From: an uncultured Hormoscilla sp.
GTDB taxonomy: Bacteria > Cyanobacteriota > Cyanobacteriia > Cyanobacteriales > Desertifilaceae
DNA: 64,000 bases
Direction: 5' to 3'
NCBI GenBank assembly: GCA_963921275.4
Contig: OZ001293.3
Location: 1,568,001-1,632,000, forward strand
The notes under the pieces are model-generated. The model was not told the DNA's origin and ran no database searches. It was given only the letters and a program-made list of their open reading frames with translations. A program made the translations under genes and the position numbers. Numbering within the stretch: position 1 is the first letter of the stretch; each line of letters starts with the position of its first letter. Shown one piece after another: positions 21,796 through 31,867 of this stretch.

Positions 21796-23062
21796 GATTA
21801 TTCGATCGAATAAAGTCAGTCCAAACAGCCGGAGATGGGGCAAAATTGGCGGAAATCCAGGAGGAGTTCGAGCGGGTGCGATCGCAGGCATCAAGTTACG
21901 TAAAGCAAAATGAATTCGGTCAAATTATCGAGCGGGCAGGGGGAGTAGGACTGAATGCGACGACTTCGGCAGATGCCACCCGCTATTTCTTCAGCTTACC
22001 ATCCAATAAGCTAGAACTGTGGAGGTCTCTGGAGTCGGAAAGGTTTGGCGATCCGGTGTTTCGGGAGTTTTTTGCCGAGAAAGAGGTGATCCTGGAAGAA
22101 AGACGCCTGCGCACGGATAACTCTCCTATGGGTAAGATGATAGAAGCATTTCAAGATACTGCTTTCCAAGAACATCCCTATGGCCGTCCCATAATTGGTT
22201 ATGAACAAGATATCCGCAACCTGACGCGGCAAGATGTAGAAGAATTCTTTGCAACTTATTACATGCCTGGCAACATGACAGTGGCAATCGTGGGAGATGT
22301 GGATCTGGCAGAAGTGAAGCGGTTAGCGGAAATTTACTTTGGGAGCTATCAAGATAAACAGTTACCAAAAGATAAAATCCCAGAGTAACCGCCGCAAACA
22401 AAAACGAAGGAAGTGACGGTAGAGTTTCCTTCTCAACCCTGGTATTTGGAAGGGTATCATCGCCCAGCCATGAAGCATCCAGATAATGTAGTTTATGAAA
22501 TGATTGGCAGCATTCTCAGTGACGGTCGCACATCACGGCTATATAAGTCTCTGGTAGAAAAGCAGCAAGTAGCCCTGGGAGCAGCAGGTGAGAGTGGTTT
22601 CCCTGGGAATAAGTATCCTAATTTGATGCTGTTCTATGCCGTGACTGCACCCGGTCGTACTGTAGAAGAGGTAGCGGCAGCTTTACAGACAGAAATTGCC
22701 CGCCTGAAAACGGAACCGGTTTCCCAAACAGAATTAGACCGGGTGAAAACTCAAGCAAGGGCAGGTCTGTTGCGGGCGATCGGGTCTAACGCCGGTCTAG
22801 CTAGTTTGTTAGTAGAGTACGAAGCGAAAACGGGTTCTTGGCGGAACCTGTTCCGAGAAATAGATATGATTGAAAAGGTAACGGCAGCAGATATCCAGCG
22901 AGTCGCCCAGGCTACCTTTACCCAGAAAACCGGACAGTGGGGCGTCTGTTACCAAAATCTTAAGCAATTCTCTCATGCAAAATTCGTAGGTTGGGTTTCG
23001 TGCCTCAACCCAACCCCGCCGACGTTGGGTTTCTTCCCGTTATCAATTTTAACCGACTCAAG

Positions 23063-23917
23063 CTAAGGGTGGTCTTGAGAGTACTGCTGGACTTCTTCTA
23101 TGGTCAAGCTCAGGGTTTGGGCGACCTGCTCGGCGGTTAAGCCAAGAGCTAATAATCTGGGAACTGCTGCTCTTTGAGCCTGTTCAGCCCGAAAAGCCCG
23201 CTCCTGTTGTTGGTCCGCACGCTCTCGTTCGCGTTCGGCTCGTTCTTCTCCCAGCAGTAAGAGATTTCCCTGGGAGTCCCACCACCGCATCCACGGTTGA
23301 TTTTGGTTCTGATAGAAACCCCGCCATACTCCTAGTTCTACTCCCAAGGGCGGTATGGGATAATGTCCTCGTTCATTGGGTCTCATCTGCTGGTAAGATC
23401 CCCCTTGCAACTCATAGAATTCTAATGAACCGCTATTGACAAAATAGATGCCATAATAGGGAATATTCAATATTTGCTCGTAAACCCAGAATTTTCCCGG
23501 CTTGATGAGATTACCTTCCGAGTCGCGAGCCATTGGTGTATTGTTACGTTTGGCAGAACCATTACCACTGGCAAACTCTAAGACAATCTGCGGTATGGTC
23601 GGTTCCTTCCATAACACGTAGGAACGGCGAATCTGGGAGTCAATCAAGGGGGGCACCCCTGGTACATAGAACCAGTCCGGTGCTACGGCCCCTGCTTCTG
23701 GCGGATCTGCTTGGATCCAGTAGATACCGCAGTCTTGCCCGATCGCATATTGTCCGTCGGGGTGAAGTTGTCGTAATACTGGTCCAATTGAATCTGTGAG
23801 AATCAGGCTTTGGGGATGTTCTTGAAAATTCTTCACAAATGTGCCATCCGACTCTGGTAGCTGGGTGTGGTCTGGTAAAATCGGAGTCTTTACTATTTTT
23901 TCTGCTGTGGTGACCAT
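23063..23917 (-). CDS. Uma2/DUF820 endonuclease-family protein, array copy U1
   Basis: LPESDG, APDWFYV, VLEFAS, KFWVYE; coiled-coil tail. Confidence 0.9.
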   Translation of the reverse strand: MVTTAEKIVKTPILPDHTQLPESDGTFVKNFQEHPQSLILTDSIGPVLRQLHPDGQYAIGQDCGIYWIQADPPEAGAVAPDWFYVPGVPPLIDSQIRRSYVLWKEPTIPQIVLEFASGNGSAKRNNTPMARDSEGNLIKPGKFWVYEQILNIPYYGIYFVNSGSLEFYELQGGSYQQMRPNERGHYPIPPLGVELGVWRGFYQNQNQPWMRWWDSQGNLLLLGEERAERERERADQQQERAFRAEQAQRAAVPRLLALGLTAEQVAQTLSLTIEEVQQYSQDHP

Positions 23918-23947
23918 AGGATTTTACACTTATTTAGGTGATGCTGT

Positions 23948-24835
23948 TTATTGAGAGTATTGCTGGACTTCTTCAATGGTCAAGCTCAGGGTTTGGGCGA
24001 CCTGCTCGGAGCTTAAGCCAAGAGCTAATAATTTGGGAATTGCTGCTCTTTGAGCCTGTTCAGCCCGAAATGCCCGCTCCTGTTGTTGCTCCGCTCGCTC
24101 CTGTTGTTGCTCCGCACGCTCTCGCTCACGGTCCGCACGCTCTCGTTCGCGTTCCGCCCGCTCTTCTCCCAGTAGTAATAGATTTCCCCGCTCGTCCCAC
24201 CACCGCATCCACGGCTGATTTTGGTTTTGATAAAAACCCCGCCAGACTCCTAGTTCTACTCCCAAGGGCGGTATGGGATAATGTCCCCGTTCATTGGGTC
24301 TCATCAGCTGGTAAGATCCCCCCTGCAACTCATAGAATTCTAAAGCACCGCTATTGACAAAATAGATGCCATAATAGGGAATCTTCATGACTTGCTCGTA
24401 AACCCAGAATTTTCCCGCCTTTATTAGATTACCTTCAGCATCGCGAGATATAGGTGTATTGTTACGTTCGGGAGAACCATTACCACTGGCAAACTCTAAG
24501 ACAATCTGCGGTATGGTCGGTTCCTTCCATAACACGTAGGAACGGCGAATCTGGGAGTCAATCATGGGGGGCACCCCTGGTACATAGAACCAGTCCGGTG
24601 CTACTGCTCCTGCTTCTGGCGGGTCTGTTCGAGTCCAGTAGATACCGCAGTCTTGCCCGATCGCATATTGTCCGTCCGGGTGCAGTTGTCGTAAAACTGG
24701 TCCTAGAGAATCCGTCAGGATCAGGCTTTGGGGATGTTCTTGAAAGTTCTTCACAAAAGTACCATCCGACTCTGGTAGCTGGGTATGATCCGGTAAAATC
24801 GGAGTCTTTACTGTTTTTGCTGCTGTGGTGACCAT
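23948..24835 (-). CDS. Uma2/DUF820 protein, copy U2
   Basis: Same motifs; protein identical to U4. Confidence 0.9.
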   Translation of the reverse strand: MVTTAAKTVKTPILPDHTQLPESDGTFVKNFQEHPQSLILTDSLGPVLRQLHPDGQYAIGQDCGIYWTRTDPPEAGAVAPDWFYVPGVPPMIDSQIRRSYVLWKEPTIPQIVLEFASGNGSPERNNTPISRDAEGNLIKAGKFWVYEQVMKIPYYGIYFVNSGALEFYELQGGSYQLMRPNERGHYPIPPLGVELGVWRGFYQNQNQPWMRWWDERGNLLLLGEERAERERERADRERERAEQQQERAEQQQERAFRAEQAQRAAIPKLLALGLSSEQVAQTLSLTIEEVQQYSQ

Positions 24836-24865
24836 AGGATTTTACACTTATTTAGGTGATGCTGT

Positions 24866-25690
24866 TTATTGAGAGTATTGCTGGACTTCTTCAATGGTCA
24901 AGCTCAGGGTTTGGGCTACCTGTTCGGCGGTTAAGCCAAGAGCTAATAATCTGGGAACTGCTGCTCTTTGAGCCTGTTCAGCCCTTTCAGCACGCTCTCG
25001 TTCGCGTTCGGCTCGTTCTTCTCCCAGTAGTAATAGATTTCCCTGGGAGTCCCACCACCGCATCCACGGCTGATTTTGGTTTTGATACAAACCCCGCCAT
25101 ACTCCTAGTTCTACTCCCAAGGGCGGTATGGGATAATGTCCCCGTTCATTAGGTCTGTGAAGCTGGTAAGACCCGGACTGCAACTCATAGAATTCTAAAG
25201 CACCGCTATTGACAAAATAGATGCCATAATAGGGAATCTTGATGACTTGCTCGTAAACCCAGAATTTTCCCGCCTTAATTAGATTACCTTCAGCATCGCG
25301 AGATATAGCGGTATTGTTACGTTCAGCGGCACCATTACCACTGGCAAACTCTAAGACAATCTGCGGTATGGTCGGTTCCTTCCATAACACGTAGGAACGG
25401 CGAATCTGGGAGTCAATCAAGGGGGGCACCCCTGGTACATAGAACCAGTCCGGTGCTACTGCTCCTGCTTCTGGCGGGTCTGTTCGAGTCCAGTAGATAC
25501 CGCAGTCTTGCCCGATCGCATATTGTCCGTCGGGGTGAAGTTGTCGTAATACTGGTCCAATTGAATCTGTGAGAATCAGGCTTTGGGGATGTTCTTGAAA
25601 ATTCTTCACAAATGTGCCATCCGACTCTGGTAGCTGGGTGTGGTCTGGTAAAATCGGAGTCTTTACTATTTTTTCTGCTGTGGTGACCAT
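24866..25690 (-). CDS. Uma2/DUF820 protein, copy U3 (U1/U5 chimaera)
   Basis: 5' part matches U1; body matches U5. Confidence 0.9.
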   Translation of the reverse strand: MVTTAEKIVKTPILPDHTQLPESDGTFVKNFQEHPQSLILTDSIGPVLRQLHPDGQYAIGQDCGIYWTRTDPPEAGAVAPDWFYVPGVPPLIDSQIRRSYVLWKEPTIPQIVLEFASGNGAAERNNTAISRDAEGNLIKAGKFWVYEQVIKIPYYGIYFVNSGALEFYELQSGSYQLHRPNERGHYPIPPLGVELGVWRGLYQNQNQPWMRWWDSQGNLLLLGEERAERERERAERAEQAQRAAVPRLLALGLTAEQVAQTLSLTIEEVQQYSQ

Positions 25691-25720
25691 AGGATTTTAC
25701 ACTTATTTAGGTGATGCTGT

Positions 25721-26608
25721 TTATTGAGAGTATTGCTGGACTTCTTCAATGGTCAAGCTCAGGGTTTGGGCGACCTGCTCGGAGCTTAAGCCAAGAGCTA
25801 ATAATTTGGGAATTGCTGCTCTTTGAGCCTGTTCAGCCCGAAATGCCCGCTCCTGTTGTTGCTCCGCTCGCTCCTGTTGTTGCTCCGCACGCTCTCGCTC
25901 ACGGTCCGCACGCTCTCGTTCGCGTTCCGCCCGCTCTTCTCCCAGTAGTAATAGATTTCCCCGCTCGTCCCACCACCGCATCCACGGCTGATTTTGGTTT
26001 TGATAAAAACCCCGCCAGACTCCTAGTTCTACTCCCAAGGGCGGTATGGGATAATGTCCCCGTTCATTGGGTCTCATCAGCTGGTAAGATCCCCCCTGCA
26101 ACTCATAGAATTCTAAAGCACCGCTATTGACAAAATAGATGCCATAATAGGGAATCTTCATGACTTGCTCGTAAACCCAGAATTTTCCCGCCTTTATTAG
26201 ATTACCTTCAGCATCGCGAGATATAGGTGTATTGTTACGTTCGGGAGAACCATTACCACTGGCAAACTCTAAGACAATCTGCGGTATGGTCGGTTCCTTC
26301 CATAACACGTAGGAACGGCGAATCTGGGAGTCAATCATGGGGGGCACCCCTGGTACATAGAACCAGTCCGGTGCTACTGCTCCTGCTTCTGGCGGGTCTG
26401 TTCGAGTCCAGTAGATACCGCAGTCTTGCCCGATCGCATATTGTCCGTCCGGGTGCAGTTGTCGTAAAACTGGTCCTAGAGAATCCGTCAGGATCAGGCT
26501 TTGGGGATGTTCTTGAAAGTTCTTCACAAAAGTACCATCCGACTCTGGTAGCTGGGTATGATCCGGTAAAATCGGAGTCTTTACTGTTTTTGCTGCTGTG
26601 GTGACCAT
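25721..26608 (-). CDS. Uma2/DUF820 protein, copy U4
   Basis: Identical to U2 at +1773 bp. Confidence 0.9.
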   Translation of the reverse strand: MVTTAAKTVKTPILPDHTQLPESDGTFVKNFQEHPQSLILTDSLGPVLRQLHPDGQYAIGQDCGIYWTRTDPPEAGAVAPDWFYVPGVPPMIDSQIRRSYVLWKEPTIPQIVLEFASGNGSPERNNTPISRDAEGNLIKAGKFWVYEQVMKIPYYGIYFVNSGALEFYELQGGSYQLMRPNERGHYPIPPLGVELGVWRGFYQNQNQPWMRWWDERGNLLLLGEERAERERERADRERERAEQQQERAEQQQERAFRAEQAQRAAIPKLLALGLSSEQVAQTLSLTIEEVQQYSQ

Positions 26609-26638
26609 AGGATTTTACACTTATTTAGGTGATGCTGT

Positions 26639-27463
26639 TTATTGAGAGTATTGCTGGACTTCTTCAATGGTCAAGCTCAGGGTTTGGGCTACCTGTTCGG
26701 CGGTTAAGCCAAGAGCTAATAATCTGGGAACTGCTGCTCTTTGAGCCTGTTCAGCCCTTTCAGCACGCTCTCGTTCGCGTTCGGCTCGTTCTTCTCCCAG
26801 TAGTAATAGATTTCCCTGGGAGTCCCACCACCGCATCCACGGCTGATTTTGGTTTTGATACAAACCCCGCCATACTCCTAGTTCTACTCCCAAGGGCGGT
26901 ATGGGATAATGTCCCCGTTCATTAGGTCTGTGAAGCTGGTAAGACCCGGACTGCAACTCATAGAATTCTAAAGCACCGCTATTGACAAAATAGATGCCAT
27001 AATAGGGAATCTTGATGACTTGCTCGTAAACCCAGAATTTTCCCGCCTTAATTAGATTACCTTCAGCATCGCGAGATATAGCGGTATTGTTACGTTCAGC
27101 GGCACCATTACCACTGGCAAACTCTAAGACAATCTGCGGTATGGTCGGTTCCTTCCATAACACGTAGGAACGGCGAATCTGGGAGTCAATCAAGGGGGGC
27201 ACCCCTGGTACATAGAACCAGTCCGGTGCTACTGCTCCTGCTTCTGGCGGGTCTGTTCGAGTCCAGTAGATACCGCAGTCTTGCCCGATCGCATATTGTC
27301 CATCCGGGTGCAGTTGTCGTAAAACTGGTCCTAGAGAATCCGTCAGGATCAGGCTTTGGGGATGTTCTTGAAAGTTCTTCACAAAAGTACCATCCGATTC
27401 TGGTAGCAGGGTGTGATCTGGTAAAATCGGAGTCTTTACTATTTTTTCTGCTGTGGTGACCAT
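26639..27463 (-). CDS. Uma2/DUF820 protein, copy U5
   Basis: Same motifs. Confidence 0.9.
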   Translation of the reverse strand: MVTTAEKIVKTPILPDHTLLPESDGTFVKNFQEHPQSLILTDSLGPVLRQLHPDGQYAIGQDCGIYWTRTDPPEAGAVAPDWFYVPGVPPLIDSQIRRSYVLWKEPTIPQIVLEFASGNGAAERNNTAISRDAEGNLIKAGKFWVYEQVIKIPYYGIYFVNSGALEFYELQSGSYQLHRPNERGHYPIPPLGVELGVWRGLYQNQNQPWMRWWDSQGNLLLLGEERAERERERAERAEQAQRAAVPRLLALGLTAEQVAQTLSLTIEEVQQYSQ

Positions 27464-27493
27464 AGGATTTTACACTTATTTAGGTAATGGTGT

Positions 27494-28360
27494 TTATTGA
27501 GAGTATTGCTGGACTTCTTCAATGGTCAAGCTCAGGGTTTGGGCTACCTGCTCGGTGGTTAAGCCAAGAGCTAATAATCTGGGAACTGCTGCTCTTTGAG
27601 CCTGTTCAGCTCGAAATGCTCGCTCCTGTTGTTGCTCCGCACGCTCTCGCTCACGGTCCGCACGCTCTCGTTCGCGTTCGGCTCGTTCTTCTCCCAGTAG
27701 TAATAGATTTCCCCGCTCGTCCCACCACCGCATCCACGGCTGATGAGAGTTGAGATAGAAACCCCGCCAGACTCCTAGTTCTACTCCCAAGGGCGGTATG
27801 GGATAATGTCCCCGTTCATTGGGTCTCATCTGCTGGTAAGACCCGGACTGCAACTCATAGAATTCTAAAGCACCGCTATTGACAAAATAGATGCCATAAT
27901 AGGGAATCTTGATGACTTGCTCGTAAACCCAGAATTTTCCCGCCTTTATTAGATTACCTTCAGCATCGCGAGATATAGGTGTATTGTTACGTTCAACAGC
28001 ACCATTACCACTGGCAAACTCTAAGACAATCTGCGGCATAGTCGGTTCGTTCCATAACACGTAGGAACGGCGAATCTGGGAGTCCAGCATGGGGGGCACC
28101 CCTGGTACATAGAACCAGTCCGGTGCTACCGCTCCTGCTTCTGGCGGGTCTGTTTGAGTCCAGTAAATACCGCAGTCTTGCCCGATCGCATATTGTCCGT
28201 CCGGGTGCAGTTGTCGTAATACTGGTCCAATTGAATCTGTGAGAATCAGGCTTTGGGGATGTTCTTGAAAGTTTTTCACAAATGTGCCATCCGACTCTGG
28301 TAGCTGGGTATGAGCCGGTAAAATCGGAGTCTTTACTGTTTTTGCTGCTGTCTGTACCAT
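27494..28360 (-). CDS. Uma2/DUF820 protein, copy U6 (first transcribed)
   Basis: Same motifs; unique upstream region. Confidence 0.9.
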   Translation of the reverse strand: MVQTAAKTVKTPILPAHTQLPESDGTFVKNFQEHPQSLILTDSIGPVLRQLHPDGQYAIGQDCGIYWTQTDPPEAGAVAPDWFYVPGVPPMLDSQIRRSYVLWNEPTMPQIVLEFASGNGAVERNNTPISRDAEGNLIKAGKFWVYEQVIKIPYYGIYFVNSGALEFYELQSGSYQQMRPNERGHYPIPPLGVELGVWRGFYLNSHQPWMRWWDERGNLLLLGEERAERERERADRERERAEQQQERAFRAEQAQRAAVPRLLALGLTTEQVAQTLSLTIEEVQQYSQ

Positions 28361-28655
28361 TTTATTTTACCCTTAGAGAGGGTAGCGCTTCTATTATATT
28401 ATTTTTGAGCTGCGCTGCACCGCGTTCCCATATTATATCATATCTACTGCGCCTGGTTACTAGTCGGCCCTCGATCGCGGTTGTAGCACCGGGAGCACCT
28501 TAATAGACCCAAACCGTTTGTTGACGTTCTGCAAGACTGATGTTAATCTAGTAAGTAGCCTGATATTGAACCTCGCGGGGCTGTTATGGTGCCAGAGGAT
28601 TGCCCTGGGTGCGAATGGTACGACTTAATGATAGAATGTAGGGAACATGTCCCGA

Positions 28656-29641
28656 ATGACTCCAGAACAAAAAAAATTAATTCCGGTTTATCGGGAAAAA
28701 TGGATGAAAATCGTGCGATCGACTGAAAGAGTTTACCGCGATCGGGCATAAAAAAAGATCAAAGCTGCTTACGATCTGATGGGTGAAAAAGAACCGGAAG
28801 TGATTTTCTGTGATAGTCCTTACGCGGCTTTGGATGTGGTTGATTGGTATGACGTAGAAAGTAGCTTAATGGTGCTGCCATGGGGACTACCAGGAAAATT
28901 TTATTCAGATTATATGATTGGGATAATAAACGACTTAATCTACAGTAGATTAATAGAGGTAGCATTTGAAGATTATCAAAAAGCAGAAAATAAACAATGG
29001 AAAGCGGGCCCATTGTACGATCCTGGCTATGATTACTGCCTAGATCCAGGCTTTTGTAGAACGGGAATGGGTTTTGATTTTGCACTCTCGGTTTTAAAAG
29101 AGGATTGTGATGTCAAGTCTAAGTTAGGCTTTAATTTGTTAGTTAACCTGGGAGGTTGGATTTTCGCTCATCAGAAGGCATGTGTAATATGGGATCGCCC
29201 GACAAAAATGTGCTTGGACGACAAACAACTCCTTCACAAGGTTTTCCTGCCATCCAATTTTCTGATGGGTTTAGCGTTTATGCCTATCACGGGGTGGGAT
29301 TACCAGAAAAATACGGTAAAATCCATCCGGATCAATGGCAATCTCAGTGGCTTTTAGAAGAAGAAAACGCGGAACTGAGGCGAGTGCTGATTCAGGGGAT
29401 TGGTTACGCAAGAATTAGCCAAGAGTTACAGGCAACTCCATTAGATGATTGGCGAGAATACACGCTGTTAAGAATAAACTTAAATGTAGATCGAGAGCAA
29501 ATTAACCTGTTAAAAATGACCTGTCCGAGTACGGGTTATATTCATTGCCTCAGAGTCCCGCCCTATTTCCAAAATGCCAGAGAAGCAATTCGCTGGGTGA
29601 ATTGGGACATAGATCCGGAAAGTTTCGCGATCGAGACTTAA
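28656..29641 (+). pseudogene. DUF6745-like protein with a stop and a frameshift
   Basis: MTPEQKKLIPVYREKW..RA* then EPEVIFCDSPYAA; second frame EENAELRRVLIQGIGY..MTCPSTG..LRVPP. Confidence 0.75.
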
Positions 29642-29731
29642 AATATATGTGGTATATCAAAAAATGACGAGGAACCGATCGTGCAGAGGTTTTCACTTGC
29701 CAATTGGCTATCAAGGAGAGGTAGAAGAAGT

Positions 29732-31740
29732 ATGAGGCGTTATTTGTGGGCGGGACTGCTGGTGGTGACCGTGCTGCTATCAACACAGTTTCAGACAACG
29801 GCCACCGAAAGATGCGACATTATTACACGGAGTTGGAGTTTCCGCCTCTGCCAGAAATTCAGGTGCCCGACTATACCCGCTTTCAGCTAGAGAACGGCAT
29901 GAAGGTATTCTTGATGCCAGACCGGGAACTTCCTCTAATCAGCGGTACGGCCATATTCGCTACGGGCGATCGCTTGGAACCTGCGGACAAAGTAGGACTG
30001 GCCAGCATTGTCGGGGAAGTGATGCGTACTGGGGGCACCCGCACCCACTCGCCAGGGGAACTTAACGAACTGCTGGAACAACGGGCCGCTGCGATCGAGA
30101 CCTCCATCAGGACTACGGCGGGGGTTGCTATGTTTAATGCCTTGAGTGAAGACACCGACTTGGTGTTGGGGCTATTTGCCGAAGTGCTGCGAGAACCTGT
30201 TTTTGACGAAAGACAGTTCCAGTTAGCTAAAACCCAGCTACGGGGAGAAATAGCTCGTCGTAACGATGACCCTTCTGACATTGCCAGTCGGGAGTTCCAG
30301 AAACTGGTCTACGGACCTGCAAGTCCCTATGCTCGCACGATTGAATATGCGACAATCGACAATATAACCCGCGAGGATCTCGTCAGTTTCTGGGCTAAAT
30401 ATTTCCATCCCAACAATATGATTCTGGGAATAGTGGGAGATTTAAATCCGCTTTCAGCTAGAGAACGGCATGAAGGTATTCTTGATGCCAGACCGGGAAC
30501 TTCCTCTAATCAGCGGTACGGCCATATTCGCTACGGGCGATCGCTTGGAACCTGCGGACAAAGTAGGACTGGCCAGCATTGTCGGGGAAGTGATGCGTAC
30601 TGGGGGCACCCGCACCCACTCGCCAGGGGAACTTAACGAACTGCTGGAACAACGGGCCGCTGCGATCGAGACCTCCATCAGGACTACGGCGGGGGTTGCT
30701 ATGTTTAATGCCTTGAGTGAAGACACCGACTTGGTGTTGGGGCTATTTGCCGAAGTGCTGCGAGAACCTGTTTTTGACAAAAGACAGTTCCAGTTAGCTA
30801 AAACCCAGCTACGGGGAGAAATAGCTCGTCGTAACGATGACCCTTCTGACATTGCCAGTCGGGAGTTCCAGAAACTGGTCTACGGACCTGCAAGTCCCTA
30901 TGCTCGCACGATTGAATATGCGACAATCGACAATATACCCGCGAGGATCTCGTCAGTTTCTGGGCTAAATATTTCCATCCCAACAATATGATTCTGGGAA
31001 TAGTGGGAGATTTAGATCCGCAAGCAATGCGCCAACTTATTGTGCAAAAGTTTGGTGACTGGCCAGCTAACCGGCAGCTAGAAATACCTCCACTGCCAAA
31101 GGTTGAGCAAGCAAATATGGGGGGAATTTTTATGGTCGATCGGCCTCAGTTAAGCCAAAGTAACGTCCTCATGGGACATCTGGGGGGTAAGTTTAAAGAT
31201 CCCGACTATTTTGCCCTGGATGTGATGAATGGGGTGCTGAATGGTTTGGGGGGACGGCTGTTTAATAAAGTGCGATCGGCCCAAGGATTAGCTTACTCGG
31301 TCTACGGATTTTGGAATCCCAGGTATGACTACCCGGGCAAGTTTATTGCTGGCGGACAAACCCGTTCCGAGGCAACTGTGCCCTTTATTCAGGCAGTCCG
31401 ATCGGAAATTGAGCAGATCCGGACAACTCCTATTTCCCCAGCAGAACTGAAGTCCGCCCAAGATGCCGTTCTCAACTCTTTTGTCTTTAACTTTGCTACC
31501 CCCTCTCAAACCCGGTCGCGGCTGATGCAATATGAATATTACGGCTATCCAGAATATTTTATCTTCCAGTACCGTAAAGGGGTGGAAGGGACTACAGTCG
31601 CAGATATCCAGCGGGTCGCTAACCGTTATCTCCAACCAGATGATATCGTGACTCTGGTAGTGGGCAATGCTTCGGCAATTCAGCCACCTCTAAGTAGTCT
31701 CGATCGGGGGACTACTGTGACGAAGATCGATATAAAGTAG
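29732..31740 (+). pseudogene. M16 family peptidase subunit 2 with frameshifts and an internal 571-bp duplication
   Basis: LENGMKVFL, MRTGGT and RLFNKVRSAQGLAYSV spread over three ORFs; 29877-30447 is repeated at 30448-31017. Confidence 0.9.
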
Positions 31741-31867
31741 GTTGGGTTAAAGGCAGTGGATACTGTTGGCGAGTTCGGTACGACAGCTACCAGACATTGA
31801 ACCGATGTGGGCAAATATCTCGTCACCTGCCATAATATAGCTTAAACCAGGTTGACAGGAAAAAAAG

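Larger units (their letters stand above)
19194..22963 (+). pseudogene. M16 family peptidase subunit 1, interrupted by an IS, with a nonsense codon and a frameshift
   Basis: EFTLDNGLKF and AHYLDHLAFKGT (HxxEH altered to HxxDH). The gene resumes at 21796; TAA at 22386. Confidence 0.9.

Noticed and set aside
23063..28360. Diversity-generating retroelement acting on the Uma2 copies
   Set aside because: No RT or template repeat is present, and differences are not adenine-specific. The mosaic pattern fits recombination.
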